DNA from: a virus
Taxonomy: Duplodnaviria; Caudoviricetes
Length of the DNA stretch: 24,129 nt
Reading direction: 5' to 3' (one strand)
Virus record (IMG/VR): IMGVR_UViG_3300037310_000384
Location: 1 to 24,129 of that record
This document shows, piece after piece, positions 6,777 to 14,866 of this stretch. The notes beneath the pieces are model-generated. The model had not been told where the DNA came from and searched no databases. It worked only from the letters and a program-made list of their open reading frames with translations. Numbering within the stretch: position 1 is the first letter of the stretch; each line of letters starts with the position of its first letter. The position numbers were made by a program, and so were the translations under genes.

Positions 6777-9235
6777 AACCGTATCTGCTTATACCGCATT
6801 CCGTACTTTTTCGCAATCTTTTTCCAAATCAGGTGGCGTCCCAAGTCTTCGGCCTTATCCAATGTCAGCGCCGAACGCAACAAACGTGGCCGCATATCGG
6901 TCTCGAATTGCCGCGAGTAGCGTTCGTGGTCGCCGATAATGTTTCTCAACAATTCCATCGTCCACCTTCCCTGTGGCGGACGCAACGAATATAAGTAACG
7001 CCGCGTGGCGACAAAAGTTTCAGCTTCGTTCTCCTCCACCGACTGAATGATGTCGTCCAAACTGAACGACTCGAAATTAAAATCGCCCTCCGGCGGATGC
7101 CAATGGATAGTCGAGCCGCCGTTTACTTTCGGCACATCTTTGTCCGGGGTCTTGACCCCCTCGGCATCGCCCCGTACTGCCCGCACGAAACGCCCCTTCG
7201 CGTCAAAGATGTGCATCACCTCTTCAGTTGGTTGAGCGCGTTGAAACTCGCGGGCGCTCTCTATAATCCGGGCCGGCGGCTTGTAATTGCGGTCAGGCTT
7301 GGTGAGCCGTTGCAGTTCCTCCAAGTATTCCGCGTCGGAACCGGGTTCGGCCTTTGTGCTGCGGCTTTGACGGGCGCGTTCCGCCGCCGCTTCAATCGTC
7401 TCGCGCAAACCCGCCTGACGCGGCACGCCCTTGAACTTGCCGCCGCTCAGGTTATGCACCTGCATCCCGTCGGACGCGGCCACCGGAACGCCGTCGTCGT
7501 TGTAGGCCAGTTGGTAGTGGCCGCTCGGATTGGCCGGCGTGAAGCTATCCGGGGGAGTCGCTGTGGCCGAAACCGAACAGCGGCAGTTGGAGGCGAAAAT
7601 GCCCTCTGCTACAATCCATCCGCCTTCAGTTTGGAAATCGAAAACATGACCGCAAAAATCGAAGTGCCGAATCTGGATAATCTCATCAGCCGCTATGAGA
7701 GTGGAATATCCATTCTGCAACTCAGCCGCGAACTCGGCTTCTCGCGCCCCGTTATCACCCGCGCCTTGCGTGCGTCTGGCCTCCAATTGCGAAGCCCATC
7801 CGACCAAGAGAAGATTAAATGGCGAAGACTCAAGCACGTCCCTATGGCTGTCGCCCGGCAGTGCGGCGCGGCTTGGCAGGCGCGGCGCGGCAGCCAAGAT
7901 ACTTTTGACACCAAGGCCAAACGCGCTGAGTCCCATTTCCTCAGCAAATGCCGCGTTCACCGCTTTGAGGATGTTGTTTTGACTGCCATCCAGTCCGTCG
8001 GGCTGGATGCTGTTTCGCAATTTCCCGTTGGGGGCTACAACCTCGACATAGCCATTCCCAAACATGGCATCGCGGTGGAAGTCGTTTGGAGTAACTGGAA
8101 ACCGTGCCAGATTGCCAACATTCACGAGCGCACGGAATACTTGCTCGACTGTCAATGGGCTGTCATTTATGTTTTCTTGTGGCGCAAAGACATTGGATTG
8201 CTTCGCCCGCGCAACCCTGATGGAACTTTTGCCCCGCCTGTCCGCCTGCAACCCTGGTTTTCTCCCGCCAAGATAGCTCAATACATAATTTCCCTGACCG
8301 AGCGATTGCGCCGCAACGAAGCCCTCGGCGGTAAGTATCGGGTGATTAGCGGTAACGCGCACCCGATTCCCGCTCCGAGTGGTTATCTCAACGGCTTTCC
8401 CGTCATACCATGAGCGAAAGCCGAGTTGGAATCTACCTTGAATTTTCGTGCCAGGCAGAAAGCAGTTGAAGCCCCAAGGGGGATAGTGTTCGTCCCAGAA
8501 CGGGTCGTTGGCCGGTTTGATGAGTCCGTCAAGGGCGGCATGGGCCGGGCGCGTGCGGTCATCCAGTACGGCGTGATACTCCCAATAAGGCAAATCATCG
8601 GCCACGTCTTCCAGCCCGCGCCGCCGGCCCACGCCGTAGGCCATCTGCATGTTCGTTCTGAAAATCGTCTCCAGATGGAAGTCGCCTAACATGCGATGGC
8701 CGGCCCCGTCGAGGATGCCCTTGAAACGCTTAATGACGGTGGCCTGCGGCGTGCCGTTTTCCAGCGCGACGGCCAGTTCGTCGCGGAAGGCCGTCAGCAC
8801 GTCCTGGCGGTAGATGCCGCCCACGGTGAAAGCCGCGCTCTGCGCGTCATGGCGCAGGTCGCCAAACTCTTTCTTGGTGACGATTTTCTTGCTTCTGAAA
8901 TACTTCAGGGCTTCTTCCGGCGGCACGTTGAAGCGCAATTTGAGAGGCCCGGCGGTCATTTTCGGCGGCGGGTCGCCTTCAGCTAGTTCAACACGGCCCG
9001 TTTCCTCGCGGACGTGCGCCAGGCCGAGTAGATATGCGGCCAGCAGAGCGTCGCCCAACTCCAGTCCAAGCTGCGTCCAATCGTCGCCCAGATTGTCAAA
9101 GACCGCAGCCGGAAACTCCAGCTTTCCCGATTGCTCAAGCGCGGCAATGACCGCGCCTAAAATCCGGTCATAGAGGGGCGCAACCGTCGAAAGCGCGCCG
9201 TCTTCGAGGCCGATGGTGTCGGCGATTTTAGAGTT
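6773..9235 (-). CDS. MuF/gpF minor head protein with intein and C-terminal JAB-like extension, probably entered from the portal by a -1 frameshift
   Basis: MuF motifs EEALKYFRSK, AFTVGG, LETIFRTNMQMAY, YWEYHAVLDDRTRPAHAALDG and DPFWDEHYPPWGFN/CRCS. The first in-frame ATG after the A9 run is 8959, with no clear RBS. The ORF-track portion 9236-9919 is out-of-frame portal sequence. Confidence 0.85.
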   Translation of the reverse strand, partial: NSKIADTIGLEDGALSTVAPLYDRILGAVIAALEQSGKLEFPAAVFDNLGDDWTQLGLELGDALLAAYLLGLAHVREETGRVELAEGDPPPKMTAGPLKLRFNVPPEEALKYFRSKKIVTKKEFGDLRHDAQSAAFTVGGIYRQDVLTAFRDELAVALENGTPQATVIKRFKGILDGAGHRMLGDFHLETIFRTNMQMAYGVGRRRGLEDVADDLPYWEYHAVLDDRTRPAHAALDGLIKPANDPFWDEHYPPWGFNCFLPGTKIQGRFQLGFRSWYDGKAVEITTRSGNRVRVTANHPILTAEGFVAAQSLGQGNYVLSYLGGRKPGLQADRRGKSSIRVARAKQSNVFAPQENINDSPLTVEQVFRALVNVGNLARFPVTPNDFHRDAMFGNGYVEVVAPNGKLRNSIQPDGLDGSQNNILKAVNAAFAEEMGLSAFGLGVKSILAAAPRLPSRAALPGDSHRDVLESSPFNLLLVGWASQLEARRTQGAGDNGAREAEFAAELQNGYSTLIAADEIIQIRHFDFCGHVFDFQTEGGWIVAEGIFASNCRCSVSATATPPDSFTPANPSGHYQLAYNDDGVPVAASDGMQVHNLSGGKFKGVPRQAGLRETIEAAAERARQSRSTKAEPGSDAEYLEELQRLTKPDRNYKPPARIIESAREFQRAQPTEEVMHIFDAKGRFVRAVRGDAEGVKTPDKDVPKVNGGSTIHWHPPEGDFNFESFSLDDIIQSVEENEAETFVATRRYLYSLRPPQGRWTMELLRNIIGDHERYSRQFETDMRPRLLRSALTLDKAEDLGRHLIWKKIAKKYGMRYKQIRL
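7587..7615 (+). promoter_or_regulatory. Putative promoter for the antisense nuclease gene
   Basis: TTGGAG (7587-7592), 17 nt, TACAAT (7610-7615), with extended -10 TG at 7607-7608, 30 nt upstream of ATG 7646. Confidence 0.5.
7646..8413 (+). CDS. HTH + DUF559/Vsr-like PD-(D/E)XK endonuclease encoded antisense inside the intein
   Basis: 255 aa from ATG 7646. HTH LISRYESGISILQLSRELGFSRPVITRALRASG, nuclease-like FEDVVLTAIQSVGLDAVSQFPVGGYNLDIAIPKHGIAVEV...ERTEYLLDCQWAVIYV. Confidence 0.75.
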   Translation: MTAKIEVPNLDNLISRYESGISILQLSRELGFSRPVITRALRASGLQLRSPSDQEKIKWRRLKHVPMAVARQCGAAWQARRGSQDTFDTKAKRAESHFLSKCRVHRFEDVVLTAIQSVGLDAVSQFPVGGYNLDIAIPKHGIAVEVVWSNWKPCQIANIHERTEYLLDCQWAVIYVFLWRKDIGLLRPRNPDGTFAPPVRLQPWFSPAKIAQYIISLTERLRRNEALGGKYRVISGNAHPIPAPSGYLNGFPVIP

Positions 9236-10608
9236 TTTTTTTGCGCTTCGGCGAAGTCCGCCGCCTCCGCGTCGCGTTGGCTGACCTTCGATTCCTGTTG
9301 CTGCGTCGGCGGTTCGATGATGTCCTCGCCCTCCGCGGGCATCGGAATCTGGAAGGTCTGATAGACGTAATCCTTCGGAATCTGGACGCGCATCTGCCAG
9401 AGGCGTTGCAGCCAGTTGATGGCGCTGTTGAGGTCTGCGCCGGGGTCGTACTGAATCGCCCAGACCGGCGGACGCGCGACAGGGCCGTGATTCAATAACA
9501 CCAACGGCCAGACGAGGCGCGTGTTGACAGCCAGCATCAGCGATTTGGCGTCGGCCTCGATTTTCTCGGCGCGGACTTCCTGATGCACGTCGCCGAGCGC
9601 GCGCGAGCCGCCGCCTTCCGAGCCGCGACTGGTGAGCGTCTGGCCCAGGATGGCGCGGGCGATTTCGTTGTTGGAGAAATCGTCCACAAACGCCTGCGGC
9701 GCGTCGCCGATGGGCCGCACCTGCTCGAACGCCTCGATGAGAAACTTCTTGGGCAACGCCGCCACGGATTCTTCCTGCACGGCGCGGGCCGCGTCCAAGG
9801 CGGTCTGTTGCTCGTCTTGGGGCGCGCCGTCGTTGTAGCGGGCGACTACCGAGCCAGCCCCCTTTTCGATGTACCTGAGCCACGTCTTCACCCCCGCGCG
9901 CTTGAACCACGACGGCCAAAAGACCTTTCGCAGCAAGGGCGAACCCCAGCGATTGTTATAGCGCGGGCGATAGGTGTGGACAAAAAATTTGCGTTCCGGC
10001 AGCAGTCCGTCGAGCGGCACGCCCTCGGCCCAGACCACGCCCTGGCGCAGCCGCAAAGGGCCGGTCTGCGGGTAGAGGTAGGAATCGGACGAATACCCCG
10101 CCAACGCCGAATCGCCGAACGCGAACAACTGCTGCGGCTTGAATTTCACGTCCGAGACGTAGATGCGGTCGCGGCCCTCGGCAAAACAGATTTCGCCAAT
10201 CGCCACGCCGCGCCCCACGGCGTCCAACGCCTCGCGCAAGAAATTATCGAACCCGAAATAATCGCCGCCGTCGCCGATTGAGGCGGCGAAGAAATCCTGC
10301 AACGTCTCGTCCACCCACTCGGCCAGCTTCGCGTCCTGCCGCTTCTCCCCGCCGGGCAATACCACGCGCGGCTTTGCCATCACGCCGTCGAGCCGCGTAT
10401 CGAGCGCGGACGCAATCATCGAATCCTTCTCGGCCAGGTCGGAATAAACGGCCATCGCCAACCAAGGGTTCCACCACAGATTTTCCCACACCCACGTCGG
10501 GTCGTCCGGCGCGCCGACAAACGGCTGCCCGTAGCCATACTGCAAATACGAGCCGAGCTTGTCGCTGGCTAGGATTTCGATAAGTGGGTCGTACTTTTGT
10601 TGCATCAT
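9157..10608 (-). CDS. Portal protein (Mu gp29 / DUF935-like)
   Basis: YSDLAEKDSMIASALDTR, DAVGRGVAIGEI, NRWGSPLLRKVFWP, NEIARAILGQTLTS and GSRALGDVHQEVR...ADAK are DUF935 motifs. Confidence 0.92.
   Translation of the reverse strand: MMQQKYDPLIEILASDKLGSYLQYGYGQPFVGAPDDPTWVWENLWWNPWLAMAVYSDLAEKDSMIASALDTRLDGVMAKPRVVLPGGEKRQDAKLAEWVDETLQDFFAASIGDGGDYFGFDNFLREALDAVGRGVAIGEICFAEGRDRIYVSDVKFKPQQLFAFGDSALAGYSSDSYLYPQTGPLRLRQGVVWAEGVPLDGLLPERKFFVHTYRPRYNNRWGSPLLRKVFWPSWFKRAGVKTWLRYIEKGAGSVVARYNDGAPQDEQQTALDAARAVQEESVAALPKKFLIEAFEQVRPIGDAPQAFVDDFSNNEIARAILGQTLTSRGSEGGGSRALGDVHQEVRAEKIEADAKSLMLAVNTRLVWPLVLLNHGPVARPPVWAIQYDPGADLNSAINWLQRLWQMRVQIPKDYVYQTFQIPMPAEGEDIIEPPTQQQESKVSQRDAEAADFAEAQKKTLKSPTPSASKTARFRRLRPSMTGF
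9234..9242 (-). other. A9 slippery run at the portal/MuF frame overlap
   Basis: Portal frame CAA AAA AAA ACT, MuF frame GCA AAA AAA AAC (-1). A small hairpin GCCGA-CACCA-TCGGC lies downstream at 9223-9209. Confidence 0.7.
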
Positions 10609-10610
10609 GG

Positions 10611-11282
10611 TCAAGCGCCGAAAAACATGCTGCCTTTGGAATTATCCCCCACCACCGCCGCTTTGTACGCGACCACTGAGACAGTCCAGGTGCGCGACGT
10701 AATGCCGGTTTTTTCCGCCTCTGCGACACCTCCGCTCGCCACCGTGCGGTAGCCCTCGGACACGGTGCTGTTGCCACCAGCAGAGCCTCCTGTGGTGCCG
10801 ACTCGTTGGCCGTCGCTAAAGCTCTGCGCCCAAGCGCCGGGGGCGTCCCCCGACGGCCCCCAGGTATTGCAGTTGCCAACCCATAACTCCTCTACGCTGG
10901 CGGTCGTCACCTGCCCGGATTTGGGATTCGTGCCGGTGCCGTTGCCGATGGATTTTACGTCATACGCGCCCGTGGCAGCCAAGCCTTCAAACTGGCTGGC
11001 CCAGAGAGCCGCTTTAGTGCTACCCGTGCCGGTCCAGGTCAACACTATATTGCCCGTCCCAGCGTTGACGTTATGAAGCGACGCGACGCCTTGCCCCGCG
11101 TTATTTACTTCCAGGGCGTCCACCGTTAGGTTTTGGCCGTTCCAGGTGACCGTCACTCCGGTTGCGCCGCGCACTCCGAAGCCGACTATCAAACTCGCGC
11201 CCTGCGCGAGGGTCACAGAGGAAATCGTCAGCGAGCTGGCGTTGCCCTGGGCCGTGCCTTTTGCCGTGCGCGTAATCGCCAT
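10611..11282 (-). CDS. Gly/Thr/Ser-rich beta-type virion accessory protein
   Basis: ATG 11282 overlaps the previous stop (TAATG). Composition is typical of fibre or decoration proteins. Confidence 0.6.
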   Translation of the reverse strand: MAITRTAKGTAQGNASSLTISSVTLAQGASLIVGFGVRGATGVTVTWNGQNLTVDALEVNNAGQGVASLHNVNAGTGNIVLTWTGTGSTKAALWASQFEGLAATGAYDVKSIGNGTGTNPKSGQVTTASVEELWVGNCNTWGPSGDAPGAWAQSFSDGQRVGTTGGSAGGNSTVSEGYRTVASGGVAEAEKTGITSRTWTVSVVAYKAAVVGDNSKGSMFFGA

Positions 11283-11683
11283 TATCCCTTCACATAACCA
11301 ACCACATCCCACCGCTGGTCGGCGGCGTGATAGAGAAACGTCAGATAGTCCGTTTTGCCCGCCGGCGTAGCGGTCAGACCGGTAATATCCGCCGTAAAGC
11401 GAAAGCTGTCAACGCTGCCGGTGGTCAGAGTCAGAGTGATGCTGCCGCCGCCCGTGTTTTTCATGGCGAACACTAGAGGCTGCAACGAATACCCTGCGCC
11501 GGGCGCGCCCAACGTGCGGCTGCTGCCGGACTCCAGAGTGAAACGGGTCTGCCCTTGTGTGGCGTCAATCGCCACTGTGGCGGCATCCGTCAAGGCCACC
11601 GCCGCCTGGCCCGCAATGATGTCTCCGCTGGCTAATTCCTTGACCGTGCCCGAGTAATTAGCCAGCGGCTTTTTGAGTGCCAT
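11282..11683 (-). CDS. Virion fibre/accessory protein
   Basis: ALTDAATVAIDATQG...RTLGAP...TPAGKTDYLTFLY...WDVVG resembles small beta-sandwich phage structural domains. Confidence 0.55.
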   Translation of the reverse strand: MALKKPLANYSGTVKELASGDIIAGQAAVALTDAATVAIDATQGQTRFTLESGSSRTLGAPGAGYSLQPLVFAMKNTGGGSITLTLTTGSVDSFRFTADITGLTATPAGKTDYLTFLYHAADQRWDVVGYVKG

Positions 11684-11688
11684 CCCTG

Positions 11689-12195
11689 TTACGCCAAGAC
11701 AATCGGGTCGCCCCGCTCGAAATTAACCGACGTGGCTGAAGTCGCCACGCCGACGCGCTGCACCACGTTGCCTGTGCCGGACGGAGCAGTAGCCGTTCCC
11801 GCACCGGCGGTGGCGGCTAAAAATACGTCGCCGGGCGTCTGGCCGCTGACCGCCGTGTTCGGCCCCTCGAAATAGACGGTGGCATTGTTGCCGCTGGTCA
11901 CTGCCGACAACACAAAGCCGTGCGCCGGTTTGCCGGCGGCGGTAGCGTCCGCTTTACGCACGCGGAAGGCCCCGGCGTTGTCCCAGATGTTGACGTAATC
12001 GCCGGCGGCCAGGTTTTCGCTGGCCTGGATGACCGCCGTGTCCGGGCCCAGGCCACTGGGCATCAGCGATAAATCCAGTTTGCCGGCCCCATCGAGAGCG
12101 GGGATTTTTCCGGCGTCACCGGCTCCCGCGCTGGCGACCAGCCCTTCCACTTCGGCTATCGTGCCGGCGTTGTTTTTCAAGTATTTTGCTGCCAT
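11689..12195 (-). CDS. Virion accessory protein (capsid-cement/DUF2190-like pattern)
   Basis: AGGAG RBS before ATG 12195. ASENLAAGDYVNI...VRKADA...AHGFVLSAVTSG..ATVYFEG...VQRVGVA. Confidence 0.6.
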   Translation of the reverse strand: MAAKYLKNNAGTIAEVEGLVASAGAGDAGKIPALDGAGKLDLSLMPSGLGPDTAVIQASENLAAGDYVNIWDNAGAFRVRKADATAAGKPAHGFVLSAVTSGNNATVYFEGPNTAVSGQTPGDVFLAATAGAGTATAPSGTGNVVQRVGVATSATSVNFERGDPIVLA

Positions 12196-12202
12196 ATTGC
12201 TC

Positions 12203-12673
12203 CTAAAGAAGCACCGGGACACCCGGCGCGAGATAGAGAGTGTCAGGGCGTAAAGCCACCCCAACGCTCAAAGAAAAAATGCTGCCCGGACTCGCCGGCG
12301 GGATTTCCGTCAACGCTCCTGCCAGGCCCACGAAGAGAGCCGCTCCCGGCGTCCAACTCCACGACGGCTCGGTCAGCAGTCCGTGTTTCCTAACTACTAC
12401 CTGCGCGCCCGTGACAGCGGCTTGTGTGCTCACCCCGGCGTAAGCTAACTCGTCGCCCGCCGACGCCGCATCGCAATACACCGCCCGCCCGTCGCTGTTC
12501 AGCCTAACGGCGCGATGCCCGCCGAGGTCTGCGCCGGCGAGGTAGGTCGCCGTTTCCACGCCCGGCGGCCCGGCGGGGCCTTGCTCCAGGACGTTACTAA
12601 CCGCGACTTCGGCCACGCTCAGTTCGACCTGCGTGACCTCGGTTTCCTCTGTAACGACGAGCAAGTCACTCAT
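12203..12673 (-). CDS. Virion accessory protein, similar pattern to the downstream gene
   Basis: AGADLGGHRAV...GVSTQAAVTGAQVVV..HG...WSWTPG..LFVG..GALT...VGVA, with a short collagen-like GPAGPPG. Confidence 0.6.
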   Translation of the reverse strand: MSDLLVVTEETEVTQVELSVAEVAVSNVLEQGPAGPPGVETATYLAGADLGGHRAVRLNSDGRAVYCDAASAGDELAYAGVSTQAAVTGAQVVVRKHGLLTEPSWSWTPGAALFVGLAGALTEIPPASPGSIFSLSVGVALRPDTLYLAPGVPVLL

Positions 12674-13028
12674 AGAACTGCACCACGCGGACACGGCCCC
12701 GCCCGCGCCGTTTGGGGCTGCCCAGCGTGTCCACCGTGCGCCAGTAAAAAATCCCCTGCCGCCACTGCCAACTGTTGACCGCCAACAACGAAATCGTTGC
12801 CTCCGCGCGGCCCTCCAGGGGATTAGTCAAAACCACCGAGCCGTCCGCCGTGCTGAACACCACTTCCTGCTCGTCGCTCACCGCATTGGCCGGGCGCAAA
12901 TGCAATTCCACCAGCCAGCCGGTGATGTTGTAGGGCAGTAGCGACGCCCCGGCGCGATAGAGAAACCGCGCGCGCACCGTATTAGGTTCGCCGCGCCGCA
13001 GAGTCACCAAATCGCTGCCAGCCCCCAT
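12666..13028 (-). CDS. Adaptor-like structural protein (BppU N-terminal-like pattern)
   Basis: ATG overlaps the terminase stop (TGATG). TLRRGE...PYNITGW...GSVVLTNPLEGRA...GRVRV. Confidence 0.5.
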   Translation of the reverse strand: MGAGSDLVTLRRGEPNTVRARFLYRAGASLLPYNITGWLVELHLRPANAVSDEQEVVFSTADGSVVLTNPLEGRAEATISLLAVNSWQWRQGIFYWRTVDTLGSPKRRGRGRVRVVQFYE

Positions 13029-14866
13029 CAATACCCTCGCGCCATCGCACTACCCAATTTGCGCCCGCCGGCCTTGAATCCCGCCGCGCCGACGTAATCC
13101 GTTACCACAACGAACCAGGCGATGGCCGTCGCCATGATTTCGTCATCGTGATAACCGGATTTTGCTTCCATTTTGTTGCCCTCTTGGACGAAGACTCTGG
13201 CCTCGTCGCAGAGATTCTGTGAACACGCCTGAAACTCACCTTCGCGCCAGGCCTTTTCCAACAACCCGAGGGCCGTGCGCTTGAGTTTGTCGGTCATCGG
13301 CAAGCCGGGCCGGGAACGCTCCATCGCTTGCCGCATCGAGACGCGCCCTTCGTCCACGTCGCGCTGGTCTTGCACCTTGAGGTATTTGTAGAGGCGATGC
13401 CCATAGCCTAAATTTTCAACTTCCAAAATGGCGGCTTCGCCCATGTTGGATTCAATCACAATGTCTGCGCCGAAATAATCGTCCGAGAGTTGGCAGCACC
13501 GCTTGGCCTGTAAATCCTGCTTTTCGTAGCCCGTCCAGCTATAAACCTGTGCGCCGGTGTGCCGGTCTATGACGACGAGGGCGGCGGGGTCTGCGCCTTC
13601 AATGCCCATCGAAGGGTCGAGCGCGACAACGTAAGAATGCCCGGCTTCGGCGGCGCGTGGCTGGCAAGCCACCCTCGTATAGCTTTGTTCAAAAACCGAG
13701 CCTCCGGTCTGGGCGAACGGGTCCACATCGTTCTCCGGGTATTCGACGCGGAATTTCTTCGCGCCCTTCTTGTCAATCTCCTGACGCCGCCAGGCGAGGA
13801 AAGCGGCCACTTCCGGGCAGCGCCAATGCGTGTGGGCGTCCACATAGCCCTGACGTTTCAGGTGAACCAAAATCGCCTCGGCGCACGCCCGCTCGGATTG
13901 CAATGGGAGGCTTTCTTTTTGGCGCGTCTCGTCGTCGTAATCGGTCACGCGCAACGCAGCGCGTTCCTCGTCAGGCAGACCGTCGAACCAGGCGAGAGAT
14001 TGGCCGGACTTGAACAAATACCAACCGTCTCGGAATTCCTCGAACCTCGCGCCGGCCAGTTGATAGTTGCGATTCCACCACCACTCGAAAAAATGCGAAC
14101 GGATGGTCTGCCGCTTCTTGCCCTGCGTGTATTTGCGGTGAAACCAATCGCCGACGCCTTTGGCCGTGGATTCGCCGGAGATTTTGCCGCCCTTGGCCGC
14201 GTCGCAGAGCGCGACGGCGGCGGTTTCCGGGTCGCCGCGCCAGAACGGAATCTCAGTCAGGTGAAGCCGGGTAAAGGTGTCGCCGCGCCCCTTTTCTTCT
14301 TGGCCCGGCACAACCGCCGAGACCGAAATACGCGAACCCGTAACGCCCTTGTCCGGGTCGTTGAACTCCAAATCGTAAACGCTATTGTACTTGCTGGCGG
14401 GCTTTATCTCCGGGCGCAGGTGGTCGTACATCGCTTTGATGGCGCGCATCAGCGTCCGCAGAGTGTCCGGGTCTTGCGCCACGAGGCGGACGTGATGCCC
14501 GCTTTCGATAATGGCGTCCGCCAGGTAATCAGCCGAGTAATAGGTCGTGACACCAAGCCGGCGGCACTTGAGCGTAAAGTCTTCGAGCGAAGTATCCTCA
14601 CTGGCTTCTATGCTGGCTTCGAGCAATTCGACCTGCGCGTCGTTGAGGATGAAGGGCTTCAACTTATTTTTGTCGAAGGCGTCGCGGATGTGGATTTCGT
14701 TTTCAATGAACGCTTGCTTTCGCGCCGGCCAATTCTGGCGATACCATTCGAGACTGAATCGCTCCGGCTCAATCTCCAGGCCCGCCTCCCGCGCCCGCGC
14801 GTCGGCCTGCGCGACCAGCCGGTCAATTTCTTCGCCGCTAGTTGGTTTGGGCTTGCGCTGGGGCAT
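13028..14866 (-). CDS. terL: Terminase large subunit
   Basis: LNDAQ, LKCRRLGVTT (Walker A region), GRGDTFTRLHLTEIPFW (Walker B), ESTAKGVGDWF, and nuclease motifs ALDPSMG, VIESN, HDDEIMATAIA. Confidence 0.93.
   Translation of the reverse strand: MPQRKPKPTSGEEIDRLVAQADARAREAGLEIEPERFSLEWYRQNWPARKQAFIENEIHIRDAFDKNKLKPFILNDAQVELLEASIEASEDTSLEDFTLKCRRLGVTTYYSADYLADAIIESGHHVRLVAQDPDTLRTLMRAIKAMYDHLRPEIKPASKYNSVYDLEFNDPDKGVTGSRISVSAVVPGQEEKGRGDTFTRLHLTEIPFWRGDPETAAVALCDAAKGGKISGESTAKGVGDWFHRKYTQGKKRQTIRSHFFEWWWNRNYQLAGARFEEFRDGWYLFKSGQSLAWFDGLPDEERAALRVTDYDDETRQKESLPLQSERACAEAILVHLKRQGYVDAHTHWRCPEVAAFLAWRRQEIDKKGAKKFRVEYPENDVDPFAQTGGSVFEQSYTRVACQPRAAEAGHSYVVALDPSMGIEGADPAALVVIDRHTGAQVYSWTGYEKQDLQAKRCCQLSDDYFGADIVIESNMGEAAILEVENLGYGHRLYKYLKVQDQRDVDEGRVSMRQAMERSRPGLPMTDKLKRTALGLLEKAWREGEFQACSQNLCDEARVFVQEGNKMEAKSGYHDDEIMATAIAWFVVVTDYVGAAGFKAGGRKLGSAMARGY

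Larger units (their letters stand above)
7586..8464 (-). mobile_element. Intein (293 aa) in MuF
   Basis: It splits the conserved PPWGFN|CRC motif. Block A CFLPGTKI, block B RVTANHPILT, block F GHVFDFQT, terminal IFASN followed by +1 Cys. Confidence 0.92.

Noticed and set aside
7097-7645. N-terminal 183 aa of the 438-aa plus ORF
   Set aside because: Shadow of the MuF C-terminal region. The credible gene starts at ATG 7646.
9243-9919. N-terminal ~225 aa of the 1048-aa ORF
   Set aside because: Arg/Gly-rich alternative frame of the portal gene. Protein-like sequence begins only at the A9 run.
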